Source of the DNA: an uncultured bacterium | GTDB taxonomy: Bacteria > SAR324 > NAC60-12 | DNA: 64,000 bases | Direction: 5' to 3' | NCBI GenBank assembly: GCA_965662235.1 | Contig: CBFIGY010000009.1 | Span: 30,300-94,299, forward strand | In this document: piece by piece, positions 1 to 10,323 of the stretch | Layout: every line of letters begins with the position of its first letter | Position numbering within the stretch: position 1 is the first letter of the stretch | Notes under the pieces: model-generated | Seen by the model: only the letters and a program-made list of their open reading frames with translations | The model's database searches: none | What the model was told of the DNA's origin: nothing | Position numbers and translations under genes: made by a program

Positions 1-305
1 TACTGTTCCTTGATCTCAGGAACCGTCATGCCCTCAAAGACCCCCAGGTTCTTCTCACGAATCCGAGGATCGGTCTGAAAGGACTTTCCGGTGGTACGGA
101 CCACCGCTTGCGCCGTGTCCTGCGTCCGCTTGAGGTCACTGCAGTAGAACTGGTCAAACTCCTCGTGACGCATGCGCTCCGCCACGGCCTCTGCTTGGAG
201 CACCCCAGTGGGCGTGAGGGGGCTGTCGGAGTGGCCTTGAAAGCGTTGCTGGACGTTCCACTCGGTTTCACCATGACGGATGAGCCAGATTTCCGTTTCG
301 GGCAT
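1..305 (-). CDS. Histidine phosphatase (phosphoglycerate mutase family), runs off the window start
   Basis: Not in the ORF track; manual translation from ATG at 305 gives MPETEIWLIRHGETEWNVQQRFQGHSDSPLT...YCSDLKRT...DPRIREKNLGVFEG, with the RHG and SDLxR motifs. Confidence 0.9.
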   Translation of the reverse strand, partial: MPETEIWLIRHGETEWNVQQRFQGHSDSPLTPTGVLQAEAVAERMRHEEFDQFYCSDLKRTQDTAQAVVRTTGKSFQTDPRIREKNLGVFEGMTVPEIKEQ

Positions 306-420
306 TGCTTCTCATAGATTAAGGGATCGGTACCGCCAAAACGGGTTTGGCGAACTTCTGGACTTCGTTCAGGGACCTATGTTATCACTGGGCTGTTGCC
401 CAACTCCAGTTCCAAATCTT

Positions 421-1563
421 ATGCCTTTCGACACCAGCCACCTCGACGCCATCAACTCCTTCATTGCAATGGACGTCTTTGCCCGGGCTCAGGAGCTTGA
501 AGCCCAGGGTCAGGAGATCATTCACCTTGAGTTCGGAGAGCCCGACTTCAATGCCCCGGAGGCCGCCCTGAAGGGGCTTCAGGACAGCCTTGCCAGCCAC
601 CCGGCCCGCTACACCCATACCCAGGGCACCCTCGCGTTGCGTGAAGCCATCTGCCGCAAGTACGCTCAGGACTACCGGGTGACGGTTCAGCCGGAGCAGG
701 TGCTGGTTTCCACCGGTTCCTCGCTGCTGCTGTTCCTTTCCATCCGGACGCTGGCTCCGCCAGGAAGCGAGCTGATTGTGACCGCTCCCTGCTACGCTTG
801 CTACGAAAACCTCATGCATGCTGCCGGCGTCACTCCGGTGCGCGTGCCGCTGCACCTTGAGAACGGGTTTCAGCTGGATCCGGATGACATCCGTAAGGCC
901 ATTGGCCCGAAAACCCGCGGGCTGATCGTCAACTCGCCGATGAACCCAACGGGCGTCACCCTGCGACCAGAAGTGCTCCGGGACCTTGCCGCACTGGGAC
1001 TTCCGGTCATTTCCGACGAGATCTATGCCGACCTCAGCTACGCGGGGCCGGCCCAGAGTTTTCTGGAGTTTGATGCCGAGGCAATTGCGCTCAATGGTTT
1101 TTCCAAGTACTACGCCATGACCGGCTGGCGACTGGGCTATGTCATCATGCCTCCGACCCTGATGAAGACGGCCGCCCGGGTGCATCAGAGCCTGATGATC
1201 TCCGCTACACACTTTGTCCAAGACGCAGGGGTTCGGGTGCTGGAAGAGGCCGGGCCGCAGTGCGAGCAGATGAAGGCTGAATTCAACCAACGCCGGCAGT
1301 TCCTCCTCCAGCGCCTGCGTGCCATCGGCCGCGACCCTGGATATGAACCCGATGGCGCCTTCTACCTGCTCCTCAAGATTCCGGACCCCACGCTGTCGTC
1401 GTTTGACTATGCCATGAAGGCCCTGGAGCAGGCAGGCGTGGCTATGACGCCCGGCATCGATTTCGGACCTGGAGGAGAGGGGTTTGTGCGGTTCAGCTAC
1501 GCCAACTCCCAGGAGAAACTGGGGCAGGCGGTGGACCGCTTGGTCGCTGCGAAGTTGCTGTGA
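421..1563 (+). CDS. PLP-dependent class I/II (aspartate-type) aminotransferase
   Basis: GEPDF, NSPMNPTG, SDEIY, GFSKYYAMTGWRLG (PLP lysine), VRFSYA; start set at ATG 421. Confidence 0.92.
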   Translation: MPFDTSHLDAINSFIAMDVFARAQELEAQGQEIIHLEFGEPDFNAPEAALKGLQDSLASHPARYTHTQGTLALREAICRKYAQDYRVTVQPEQVLVSTGSSLLLFLSIRTLAPPGSELIVTAPCYACYENLMHAAGVTPVRVPLHLENGFQLDPDDIRKAIGPKTRGLIVNSPMNPTGVTLRPEVLRDLAALGLPVISDEIYADLSYAGPAQSFLEFDAEAIALNGFSKYYAMTGWRLGYVIMPPTLMKTAARVHQSLMISATHFVQDAGVRVLEEAGPQCEQMKAEFNQRRQFLLQRLRAIGRDPGYEPDGAFYLLLKIPDPTLSSFDYAMKALEQAGVAMTPGIDFGPGGEGFVRFSYANSQEKLGQAVDRLVAAKLL

Positions 1564-1763
1564 TGGTGTGGGTCGTGATTTCGGGAATCTGCTTTGCCTG
1601 CGTGGGGGCCTCGGTCTACGCGTACTCCCGTTACTTTCGGGTGGGGCCTCAGTACTTTTTGAAGAACCTGCAGACCATCCGGCAGGCCTTGGGACCAAAA
1701 GACGGCGAGGCTACTGAGTCGCATACGGATGCTGAAACTCGCAAGGAGTCCCGTCCGGATTGA
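1563..1763 (+). CDS. Small single-TM hypothetical protein
   Basis: ATG overlaps the upstream stop (TGATG); hydrophobic N-terminus. Confidence 0.5.
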   Translation: MVWVVISGICFACVGASVYAYSRYFRVGPQYFLKNLQTIRQALGPKDGEATESHTDAETRKESRPD

Positions 1764-2049
1764 CGCGTTTGCCCGGAGAGCAGTCCACCGACTGCGGCAG
1801 GAAGGAGCGGCAGGCGTAGAGGGCGTTTTCAAGGGGGGTTGTCACTTCCGGAATGACCGGTCCTCGGCGTGTCTCATGAAAGGGAAACACCCGTCCATCC
1901 ACCACCACAAAGCTGGTGGCTTTTCGCTGCAGCACACTGGGGCAGAGGCGCCGCACCTCGCGGGCCGTTGCTCCAGGATAGGCGTACTCACGGGCGCTGC
2001 ACCCTGCCAGCACCAACAGGAGCCCTCCAAAGACGAGGCCCCTGCTCAT
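1711..2049 (-). CDS. Hypothetical lipoprotein
   Basis: MSRGLVFGGLLLVLAGC lipobox; ATGA overlap with the trkA stop. Confidence 0.65.
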   Translation of the reverse strand: MSRGLVFGGLLLVLAGCSAREYAYPGATAREVRRLCPSVLQRKATSFVVVDGRVFPFHETRRGPVIPEVTTPLENALYACRSFLPQSVDCSPGKRVNPDGTPCEFQHPYATQ

Positions 2050-3446
2050 TCGGCGCCAGCAAAGAGCTTCCGGACCGCGCTCAGGTGACGGGAGACGCAC
2101 ACCGCAATCACCCGGTCCCCCACCTGCACCTCGGTGGTGCCCACCGCCACACTCCAGATGCCCGCGTGCTTGACGCCTCCGATGAGGATCTGGTGCTCCT
2201 GAAAGTAGCTGGCGAGCTTCCGGAGGGGCTTCTTGGTGATCAGTGATCCTTCGCGCGCCACCAGTTCCACCACCTCGGCATCCACCCCATGCAGGTGGGC
2301 CACCGCAAGCAGTTCGTTCCGGCGGATGAACTTGAGGATTTCATTGGCCGCAGAGATCTTCACATTGAGCGCCACGTCCAACCCAATGGTGGACGCCAGC
2401 ACCAGCAGGTCTTCCTTGTTGACCAAGGCAATGGTCTTGCCCTTCTCTCCAGAATGGTCCCGGTTGTCCCGGTTCATCAGGTGCTTGGCCAGCAGGCAGC
2501 TGATGATGTTGGTTTCGTTGTCGCCTGTGGTGGCAATGAAGGTGGAACTGTCAGAAACGCCGGCGCCTACCAGCGTGTTGAGGTCCGTGCCATCTCCCTG
2601 CAGCACCTGCGTGTAGGGCAGCTGCACCGCCAGCTCTTCTGCCACCTTCGGGTCGCGCTCAATGAGCCGCACCTCCACTGACCGCTGGAGCAATTCCGCC
2701 ACCCGCTGACCAATCAATCCCCCTCCCAGAATCATCAAGCGACTGATGATCCCGCTCTTGAGGTCCATCATCTTCATCAGCTCCGGCATGTCCTCGGTCC
2801 GGGCCAAGATGAAGACCTGGTCTCCTGGCGCAATGATGGTCTCTGCCTGGGGAATCGTTGTCGAAATGCCCCGGGCCAGGGCCACCACCCGGAAGTCGAG
2901 GGAGCCATATTCTCCAGCCAGCTCACGAGGCGTTTTGCCTGCGAGCAACGAGTCTTCCCGGACCCGCATGGCCAGGACCTGCATGTTGTTGTCCCCCACG
3001 TCAATGAGGTCGTGTCCGGAGGCACGTTTCGTGAGCTGCTCAATTTCCTTGGCCACCAGTTCCTCCGGGTGGACCATGAGGTCGATCTTGAGCAACTCCG
3101 GAGGCAAGACGCTGCCGACATCGAAGTCAAGGGAACGGACCCGGGCGATCTTCCGTTGAATGCTGAAGCGGTCCGCAATCAACGCAGACATCATGTTGGT
3201 CGCATCGTCGTTGGTGGCCGCGATGACGTAGTCCATTTCCTCAGCCCGGACGGCTTTCCAGCTGGAGAGGCGCAGAGCGTTCCCAAGCTTGACGTCCGCT
3301 TCCAGTTCCGTTTCGGCACGAGCCACCAGTTCTGGATCAGACTCAATGATGCCCACATCTGCTCCTTCAGAGAGCAGGCGCTTGGCCAGGTGAGTGCCCA
3401 CACCGCCCAAGCCGATGATGAGGACACGGTCTCGTCTCTTTCCCAT
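2046..3446 (-). CDS. trkA: Trk potassium uptake NAD-binding subunit
   Basis: Two RCK_N (IIGLGGVG, ILGGGLIG) plus RCK_C domains, 466 aa. Confidence 0.93.
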   Translation of the reverse strand: MGKRRDRVLIIGLGGVGTHLAKRLLSEGADVGIIESDPELVARAETELEADVKLGNALRLSSWKAVRAEEMDYVIAATNDDATNMMSALIADRFSIQRKIARVRSLDFDVGSVLPPELLKIDLMVHPEELVAKEIEQLTKRASGHDLIDVGDNNMQVLAMRVREDSLLAGKTPRELAGEYGSLDFRVVALARGISTTIPQAETIIAPGDQVFILARTEDMPELMKMMDLKSGIISRLMILGGGLIGQRVAELLQRSVEVRLIERDPKVAEELAVQLPYTQVLQGDGTDLNTLVGAGVSDSSTFIATTGDNETNIISCLLAKHLMNRDNRDHSGEKGKTIALVNKEDLLVLASTIGLDVALNVKISAANEILKFIRRNELLAVAHLHGVDAEVVELVAREGSLITKKPLRKLASYFQEHQILIGGVKHAGIWSVAVGTTEVQVGDRVIAVCVSRHLSAVRKLFAGAE

Positions 3447-3452
3447 AATTCC

Positions 3453-4688
3453 TCAGATGGTGAGTTCGTACTGGGTCAAGCGGGAATGCTGATGCAGCGG
3501 GTTCTTGGAAGACAGGTCTACTTCATAGAAGTTCTCGGCCTGTCCCACCGAGGTCGCGTTGTAGATGTCTTCCGGACGATGCCCGTTGAGCAGACACTGG
3601 AGGACGGCATTGCCGATCCAGCGCTCAATCTTGAGGACCACCGTCTTCTTGCGCAGTCGCCCCTGGTCGTCTCGGTTGAGCACACTGGGGATGGTGTTGG
3701 TGGTGATGAACTGGCTCAGGTAGGGGGAGTTCAGGTTTTCCCGAGCTTCCGGAGTGATGGAGGTGTGGGTGCAGTAGAAGAAGATGTTGGCCGGTCGGCA
3801 CCGCTCACTCTCCGCCAGCGCCAGGATGTTGGCCGCCAGCGTTCCACCGGTCCGGACCATGTCATCAAGAATGAAGACGTCCCGGTTCTTGAGCAGTTCC
3901 ACATCCTCACTCAGGTCAAGGGTGACGTCCCGTTGGCCTAGGCGGGTCTTCTTGAAGGTCACCAGCACTGAGTTGTGCAGCCCCGTGAACTCACGGACCC
4001 GGCTGACAAATTCAGCGGCGCCGTCATCCGGAGCCACAAATCCGACATTCTCCCCATAGTTCCACAGACGCACCAATCCGGAGCGGAGGATGTAGTTGGC
4101 AATGATGGGGGAGATGTCGAGGTTGATGAAGGGGGGAAGGTTGTGACTGTTGGTGGCGCCAAGGGTGTTTTCGTAGATGCGACGCATCACCTCCGGTTTG
4201 TGGTTGTGCACCGTCATCACCATGTCCACCCCTGCGGTTTTCAGCATGCGGGCGTAAAGTTCAGCAGAGCAGGGTTGGCCGACAAACTTTTCCCGGGACT
4301 TGAAGTCCTTGGCCTGCGGATGGTCCTTGGTCCGGGGCCCGCGGTCCTGAGCCGAGTAGAACAGGTCGGGCTCCACCAGCGACACAAAGTCTGCACCGTT
4401 TTCCTTGGCGGCAGAGGCAATCAGGCAGTTGCGCATCGCCAGCTCGTTCCGGGAGTAGTGCTGCGAGTGCGTGGAGATGATCGTCACCGACTTTCCTGCT
4501 AGGCCGTACCCCAGGTTTTCTTCAGTGACATTGTCCACTAGGAAGCGGGGACAGAACTCGCTGTTGACGAAGCTCTTGAGCGAGATGAGGTCGGAGATGT
4601 CAATGTCCTGCGAGCGGGCATGCGCAACTCCGAGCGCAAAGGAGGCATCGCTGACGTTGGAGACAAGGATTGAGTTGCTGTGCATCAC
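3453..4688 (-). CDS. Ribose-phosphate pyrophosphokinase-like protein, divergent and long
   Basis: PDLFYSAQDR, APDDGA, ILDDMVRTGGTL PRPP loop, TNTIP. Confidence 0.8.
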   Translation of the reverse strand: MMHSNSILVSNVSDASFALGVAHARSQDIDISDLISLKSFVNSEFCPRFLVDNVTEENLGYGLAGKSVTIISTHSQHYSRNELAMRNCLIASAAKENGADFVSLVEPDLFYSAQDRGPRTKDHPQAKDFKSREKFVGQPCSAELYARMLKTAGVDMVMTVHNHKPEVMRRIYENTLGATNSHNLPPFINLDISPIIANYILRSGLVRLWNYGENVGFVAPDDGAAEFVSRVREFTGLHNSVLVTFKKTRLGQRDVTLDLSEDVELLKNRDVFILDDMVRTGGTLAANILALAESERCRPANIFFYCTHTSITPEARENLNSPYLSQFITTNTIPSVLNRDDQGRLRKKTVVLKIERWIGNAVLQCLLNGHRPEDIYNATSVGQAENFYEVDLSSKNPLHQHSRLTQYELTI

Positions 4689-4733
4689 AGTGCCAGGGCG
4701 GAGATCCGGACCAGGCCGGACCGGATTAGCAAA

Positions 4734-6173
4734 TCAGTAGGCAATGGCGAAGATCACCTTTTGGGAAGAAGGCTCTCCTGTCACCATGCACCGGCCGGGT
4801 TCAGGGTCCTCCTCAAATGGGATGCACCGAATGGTCGCCTTGGTCTCTTGCTTGATTTGCTGTTCCACCTCAGCCGAACCATTCCAGTGTGCGCGGATGA
4901 AGCCCCCCTCTTGCTGGAGGACCTCCTTGAATTCATCATAGCTGGACACCTCGCGGGTGTTCTCCTCCCGGAACTTCAGGGCCCGGGCCAGCAGGTCGTT
5001 CTGAATGGTCTCCAGCAGTTGCACGACGTGCGCCCGGATGCCCTCGAGCGGCACCGACTGCTTGTCCCGGATGTCCCGACGGGCCACCATCGCAGCGCCC
5101 TTTTGGACGTCGCGCGGGCCGACTTCAATGCGGATGGGCACTCCCTGCTGGATCCAGTAGAAGAACTTTTCAGCCGGACGCAGGTTGTCCCGGTCGTCCA
5201 CCTTGATCTGGAGGGTATCCAAGGACTCCGCAAGTCGGGTCCGGATGGCTTCAGCAAACTCTAGGGTCTGCTTGCGTTCCTCGTCATTGGTGAAGATGGG
5301 AGCAATCACCACCTGGATGGGGGCAATCTTCGGAGGCACCACCAGGCCGTCGTCGTCGCTGTGCGTCATGATGAGCCCGCCAATCATCCGAGTGGAGGTG
5401 CCCCAGCTGGTGGTCCACACCGGAACCCGCTCGTTGTTGCGGTCGAGGTAGTTGATGTCAAAGGCCTTTGCGAAGTTCTGACCCAGGTTGTGACTGGTTC
5501 CTGCCTGCAGGGCCCGGCCGTCTTGCATCATCGCCTCAATGCTATACGTCGCCAACGCGCCAGGGAACTTCTCAGACGCCGATTTCTGTCCCGGAATGAC
5601 GGGCATGGCGAGGTACTCTTCCTGGAAGGTCCGGTACACCTCCAGCATGCGCAGCGTCTCCTCCTGCGCCTGCTCATAGGTCTCGTGCGCCGTGTGCCCT
5701 TCCTGCCAGAGGAATTCTGAGGTCCGGAGAAAGAGTCGGGTCCGCATCTCCCAACGCATGACGTTGCACCACTGGTTGATCATCACTGGAAGGTCCCGGT
5801 AGCTGTTGATCCACTTGGCATACATGTGCCCAATCACCGTCTCAGACGTGGGCCGGATCACCAGCGGTTCCTCCAGCTCCTTTCCTCCTCCGTGTGTCAC
5901 CACCGCACACTCCGGACTGAAGCCTTCAACGTGCTCCGCCTCCTTCTCCATGAAGCTCTGAGGAATCAGCAACGGGAAGTAGGCGTTGACGTGTCCGGTC
6001 TCCTTGAACATCCGGTCCATCCGTGCCTGCATCGCCTCCCAGAGGGCAAAGCCTGTGGGGCGGATCACCATGCAGCCCTTGACGGGTGCATAGTCTGCGA
6101 GCTGCCCTGCCGCAATCACATCAAGGTACCATTGAGAGTAGTTCTCGCTACGAGGGGTGATGTTTTTGGCCAT
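4734..6173 (-). CDS. proS: Proline--tRNA ligase, archaeal/eukaryotic type
   Basis: [34 protein letters not shown]-terminal ATIRCIP...C...AY; no INS editing domain. Confidence 0.96.
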   Translation of the reverse strand: MAKNITPRSENYSQWYLDVIAAGQLADYAPVKGCMVIRPTGFALWEAMQARMDRMFKETGHVNAYFPLLIPQSFMEKEAEHVEGFSPECAVVTHGGGKELEEPLVIRPTSETVIGHMYAKWINSYRDLPVMINQWCNVMRWEMRTRLFLRTSEFLWQEGHTAHETYEQAQEETLRMLEVYRTFQEEYLAMPVIPGQKSASEKFPGALATYSIEAMMQDGRALQAGTSHNLGQNFAKAFDINYLDRNNERVPVWTTSWGTSTRMIGGLIMTHSDDDGLVVPPKIAPIQVVIAPIFTNDEERKQTLEFAEAIRTRLAESLDTLQIKVDDRDNLRPAEKFFYWIQQGVPIRIEVGPRDVQKGAAMVARRDIRDKQSVPLEGIRAHVVQLLETIQNDLLARALKFREENTREVSSYDEFKEVLQQEGGFIRAHWNGSAEVEQQIKQETKATIRCIPFEEDPEPGRCMVTGEPSSQKVIFAIAY

Positions 6174-6368
6174 ATTCCGTTTTGCGATGAAGGCGCGAAG
6201 GCAAGTGTGGAAAATTTTCAACAATACTCACTTGCTACAGGAGTGACAAGCTTTTCAGACGGATTTGGTTTATCAGGAGACGCTGCTTTTATCTTGCTCA
6301 TCCCTAGGATTGGCCTAGTCTTACTGGTTTGGTTTTCCTTGGGGGGAGCCCTTGACTGAGGAGGAAGT

Positions 6369-6827
6369 TTGTTCGGAAGAAAGAGCGAAGCAAAGACAGG
6401 TAGCGCACCAACGTACATCGGCAGTTCCATGCGCATTGAGGGCAATGTGTGGGGAACCAAGCCCATTTGGGTGGACGGCGAAGTCCGCGGCACCATTACC
6501 TGCGACAGCGAAGTGGTCGTGGGTGCCACCGCCAAGGTGTATGCCACCATCTATGCCGCCATCGTCCGCATCAACGGCTACCTAGAAGGGGAGGTCTATG
6601 CCTCAGAGCGGATGGAAGTGATGACTCAGGGACACATCAACGGCGACATCACCAGTCGTCCCGGATGCCTCATTGTGCAAGAGGGCGGCATCATTGAGGG
6701 TCAATGTGTGACCACGCAGACCATTGAGATCCCCAAGCGCCTGACCCAGACCCCTACAGCCCTTCCGGAAGCCCCTGAAGCAGCTGAAACCGAGGCCGAG
6801 GCCGCTGAGGCTTCCGAGAGTCGCTGA
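6369..6827 (+). CDS. Bactofilin (polymer-forming cytoskeletal protein)
   Basis: TYIG...IEGNV...VDGEVRGTI...INGDI...GGIIEGQC beta-helix pattern; GAGGAGG RBS before TTG. Confidence 0.88.
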   Translation: MFGRKSEAKTGSAPTYIGSSMRIEGNVWGTKPIWVDGEVRGTITCDSEVVVGATAKVYATIYAAIVRINGYLEGEVYASERMEVMTQGHINGDITSRPGCLIVQEGGIIEGQCVTTQTIEIPKRLTQTPTALPEAPEAAETEAEAAEASESR

Positions 6828-7076
6828 CTACTTCTGGTAGTTGGCCTTCCACTCCGCATACGTCATTCCATAGACCCGCTCCTTGGCCTCATCCAGGTCC
6901 ATGGACGCCCCCTGCTCCTCAGCCGCTGCGCGGTACCACTTGGCCAAGCAGTTCCGGCAAAACCCGGCTAATTCCATCAAATCAATGTTCTGGACATCCT
7001 TGCGCGAGTCAAGGTGCTCCAGCAGGGTACGAAACGCGGCGGCTTCCGCCTGAATTTGCTGCTCCGGGGACATCAT
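6828..7076 (-). CDS. DUF1244-family protein
   Basis: EAAAFRTL...DVQNIDLMELAGFCRNCLAKWY...VYGMTYAEWK. Confidence 0.85.
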   Translation of the reverse strand: MMSPEQQIQAEAAAFRTLLEHLDSRKDVQNIDLMELAGFCRNCLAKWYRAAAEEQGASMDLDEAKERVYGMTYAEWKANYQK

Positions 7077-7174
7077 TGGGTCTCCAAAAGGGTGAAGTGA
7101 AATGGCCGCTGAAAGCCATGGGTGGAGGTGCTGGCCACTAGGATAGGCGACAGGTCCTTCTCCTGTCAAAACCA

Positions 7175-8491
7175 ATGTCCCGTCTGTTTCTGAGGGAGGC
7201 CCTTGTGGCTGCATCCACGCCTCTGCCGGCCCGACCGGCTCGTCTTGCCATCTTCTCCACCGCATGCCTCGGCGGCATCGGAGTCCTTGCCTTCAGCAAC
7301 GGGCTCCTGCTTGCCTACTTCTCTCGCCTCGGCCTCTCCAGTGGCGAGGTTCTGGCGCTGCTAGCACTGCCAGCGCTGGTGCAGTTTCTGCTGGTGGTGC
7401 CGTTTGGGTTCCTCTCCGACTGGTTTGGCAAGAAGCGCCTCGGCCTCGCAGGACTGAGCTGCACCGCGCTGGGGCTGATGCTGATGACCAGCCTTGGCTC
7501 ACTTCCGGACCCCCGTTGGATGGCATGGGGAGCAACCGGACTGTTCAGCCTTGGTTCAGCGCTCCTCAACTCCAACTGGTTTGCCCTCGTGGACCCGCTG
7601 ATTCCCAGCCAGGAGCGAGGACGTTTTTTCGGAAACCTGCGCCTGACGTGGCAGACCGTCGGATTCCTCTTTGCCCTCGGAGCCTCTCACTTCCTGGGTC
7701 AGAGCTCGGAGCTGCAGGTGTACCAGGTGCTCTTTGGTCTGATCGCCTTCTTTGGGGTCGCCCGCATGGGGTCATACTGGAAGATCCCGGAGGTTGAACG
7801 CAGCCACCCTCCCAGCGCATCGTTCCGGAAGGTCATCACCGAGGTGCTCGCGCTACCCGGATACCTGCCCTTCTGCGCCTACTGCTTCCTGCTGATGCTC
7901 TTCACCGGAGCCTGTCCGCAACTGTTTGGACTGCTGGAACGAAACGTCCTGGGGTTCAATGACGACCAGCTTGTGTGGGTGGGAAGTCTGTTGACCGTCG
8001 GGTCACTGGCGGGGTTTGTGCTGGGTGGTCGGGCTGTGGACCGCTTTGGCACACGCTACGTCTTTCTGCTGTGCCACCTTGCATTTGGCACCATCCTCCT
8101 GCTCTTTCTCGGACGCAGCCTAGTGCCGGTGCCTCCCCTTGTGTGGGTCGGCTTCCTGACGCTGCTGTTTGGGGTGGCGCTGGCGGCCTCTGGCATTGCC
8201 ATGACCTCAGAGATCCTGTCGCTGATTCCCAAGGAAAACAAGTCCCTTGCAACCGGTGTCTGGCTGACCCTGCACAGCGGCGGCGCCGGGCTTTCCGGAA
8301 TTCTCAGCGGGCAAATGCTGGAGCTGGGCATGCTCAGCCCAGAGTGGCAGCTGCTGGAAATGCCGCTGAGTGCCTACGACACCCTGCTCCTGCTCTGTGG
8401 GGGAATGGTGCTCCTGCTGACGGTCACGTTGGGACTGATCCCGTCCATGATGCGACCAAGCCAGGCACAGTGGATTCCACAAGGGGCCTAG
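7175..8491 (+). CDS. MFS transporter
   Basis: About 12 TM segments; motif A GFLSDWFGKKR and GRAVDRFGTR. Confidence 0.85.
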   Translation: MSRLFLREALVAASTPLPARPARLAIFSTACLGGIGVLAFSNGLLLAYFSRLGLSSGEVLALLALPALVQFLLVVPFGFLSDWFGKKRLGLAGLSCTALGLMLMTSLGSLPDPRWMAWGATGLFSLGSALLNSNWFALVDPLIPSQERGRFFGNLRLTWQTVGFLFALGASHFLGQSSELQVYQVLFGLIAFFGVARMGSYWKIPEVERSHPPSASFRKVITEVLALPGYLPFCAYCFLLMLFTGACPQLFGLLERNVLGFNDDQLVWVGSLLTVGSLAGFVLGGRAVDRFGTRYVFLLCHLAFGTILLLFLGRSLVPVPPLVWVGFLTLLFGVALAASGIAMTSEILSLIPKENKSLATGVWLTLHSGGAGLSGILSGQMLELGMLSPEWQLLEMPLSAYDTLLLLCGGMVLLLTVTLGLIPSMMRPSQAQWIPQGA

Positions 8492-8964
8492 GCGTCGGCG
8501 CTCCAGGTGGAATAGGGGTGATCAATGAGGTGAATGTTGAGGTAGCGTGGGTCGTGGCTGACCTCCTCGCCGAGCCACTCCGGACGCTCAAAGGGTTCTG
8601 CTTCATCGCTCAACTCAATCTCAGCAACGATCAGTCCAGCGTTGGCCCCAAAGAACTCGTCGACCTCCCACACCTTTCCCGAAACCTCAACACGGGTCCG
8701 TTCCTTGATCAGGCGCGGTTGTTCGCAGACCTGTTCCAGCAGCTCCTGCGCTTCGTCCAGGGGCAGGTCGTACTCATACTCCAGACGCGTCAGCGCGCTG
8801 CGGCCCGACTTGATGTTCAGGCGCCCCTGCGTTCCTTCAATCCGGACCCGGACCGAGCGTTCCGGGTGACGGCTCAGGTACCCTTGCTCAAAGCGGACCG
8901 CGGCTTCCGGACGGCGCCAACCGTCTCCTGTCACCAGAAACTTACGTTCAATCTCAAGAGGCAT
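8488..8964 (-). CDS. CYTH-domain protein
   Basis: EIERKFLV, VRVRI, EYEY, WEVDEF, AEIEL, PEWLGEEVS. Confidence 0.92.
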   Translation of the reverse strand: MPLEIERKFLVTGDGWRRPEAAVRFEQGYLSRHPERSVRVRIEGTQGRLNIKSGRSALTRLEYEYDLPLDEAQELLEQVCEQPRLIKERTRVEVSGKVWEVDEFFGANAGLIVAEIELSDEAEPFERPEWLGEEVSHDPRYLNIHLIDHPYSTWSADA

Positions 8965-9053
8965 CAGACGCAGGGAAGTGAGGGTCGGAATCCGCCCTTG
9001 ATTTTGCCGGAGTGGTGCAGGATGCTGAAGCCCACAAGCAACAAGGAGCGACC

Positions 9054-9290
9054 ATGTTCACGATTGTGATTCAAGTAACCGAATTGAGGGGGGAGTGGGA
9101 CCTGCTGGAGCAGATGCTGGTCCGGACAGATTTTGGCCCCTTCGTCAAGATCCACTCCCGGGACCAGAAGATCATGTATGAGGGTCCGGACCTCGAAAAC
9201 TTTGTCACCTACCTCGTCATGCACCGCATTCGATTCGAGGTCCAGGACTACGTCTGGAAGGAGCATCCGGAAGACCCTCCTTCTGAATGA
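9054..9290 (+). CDS. Hypothetical protein
   Basis: AAGGAG RBS before ATG 9054; coding-like codon usage. Confidence 0.6.
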   Translation: MFTIVIQVTELRGEWDLLEQMLVRTDFGPFVKIHSRDQKIMYEGPDLENFVTYLVMHRIRFEVQDYVWKEHPEDPPSE

Positions 9291-9299
9291 ACCCGCCGT

Positions 9300-9872
9300 T
9301 CAGCTCAGGCGTTTCCAGAGGTACGGCAACGCCAGCGCCCCCACGGTGATCTTCACCGCATCCCCGGCGAGGAAGGGCAGCACACCGGCTTCCCAGGCTC
9401 GTCCCCAGCCAATGAACTGACTCAGCCAGGTTGTCCCCAGGGCATAGATGAGGGCATTGCCCACCAGCATCAGCGTGAAGGCCTTGGACACGGAACGGTT
9501 CGGGAATTTCTCCATGACGTCTCCCAGCACCCATGCGGCGACAAAGAACCCGGCCAGGTACCCGCCAGTCGGTCCCACCACATACAGCAGTCCCGCTTGA
9601 GCCCCCGCAAACACCGGCAAGCCCGCAAAGCCTTCCAGCAGGTACGCTCCCACGGCGACCACGCCCAGATTCCGTCCCAGCACCAGCGGAAGCGCCAGCA
9701 CCACCAGGGTTTGCAGAGTCAGCGGCACCGGCCAGAACGGGATCTGGACCTTCGCGGATACCACCAAGGCAAGGTTTCCCAAAAGGGCCAGCAGCACTGC
9801 ACGCTGCAGCTGCGACACCGGCCAGTTTCGGCTCAACGCCGCGCCAATGGTTTGGGGAGGAACCCAATTCAT
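9300..9872 (-). CDS. bioY: Biotin transporter BioY
   Basis: PVPLTLQT, GLPVFAG, GPTGGYLAGF, PFLAGD. Confidence 0.93.
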   Translation of the reverse strand: MNWVPPQTIGAALSRNWPVSQLQRAVLLALLGNLALVVSAKVQIPFWPVPLTLQTLVVLALPLVLGRNLGVVAVGAYLLEGFAGLPVFAGAQAGLLYVVGPTGGYLAGFFVAAWVLGDVMEKFPNRSVSKAFTLMLVGNALIYALGTTWLSQFIGWGRAWEAGVLPFLAGDAVKITVGALALPYLWKRLS

Positions 9873-10003
9873 GACATGCTCCTGCAAATGGTTGTAAGGA
9901 CGCTTCTCCGGCCGACCTGCGGTTCCAGCTTCAGCCAAAAGTCGCTATTATCGACCGGCTTGGGGAATCTTGAAAGCTTTTTTGCGCACCTCGGCCGTCT
10001 GAA

Positions 10004-10303
10004 TCAGCGGGGAAACCGAGACTCCCGGACCACCTCACAGATCTGCAAGGAGTACTCCTGATAGTACGACGCCCGCCCCTGTTCCTGAGCAGCCCGGTGC
10101 TCGGTGTGCTGAGCCCAGTTCTGCTGCGCCGCCTCGTCTTCAAACTCCACCAGCGTCAGGCGCTCCCCATCTTCTGCGACAAACACCTTGTGCGAACGGT
10201 AGCCCGGTTGTGTCTTCGCAAGCGCTGAAATCGATGCTGCCTGCTTGAAGTAGTCCTCTTCAGCCTCCGGGTTGAGGCGAGAGCGAAACACGGTAAGGAT
10301 CAT
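10004..10303 (-). CDS. Antibiotic biosynthesis monooxygenase (ABM) family protein
   Basis: QPGY, AEDGERLTLVEF, W..H.EH..AQ..GR..YY. Confidence 0.85.
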   Translation of the reverse strand: MILTVFRSRLNPEAEEDYFKQAASISALAKTQPGYRSHKVFVAEDGERLTLVEFEDEAAQQNWAQHTEHRAAQEQGRASYYQEYSLQICEVVRESRFPR

Positions 10304-10323
10304 GAGCACACTCCCCCAAAAGG

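Noticed and set aside
385..1698. Long antisense ORFs (e.g. 385-1698, 33241-35469, 26034-27101, 46053-47075, 58009-59025)
   Set aside because: They shadow well-supported genes on the opposite strand, as expected in high-GC DNA, and show no family motifs.
4734..6173. Archaeal/eukaryote-type ProRS as a novelty
   Set aside because: This type is well known in many bacterial phyla.
6745..6827. Ala/Glu-rich repeats at the bactofilin 3' end
   Set aside because: Low-complexity protein tail, not a DNA repeat element.
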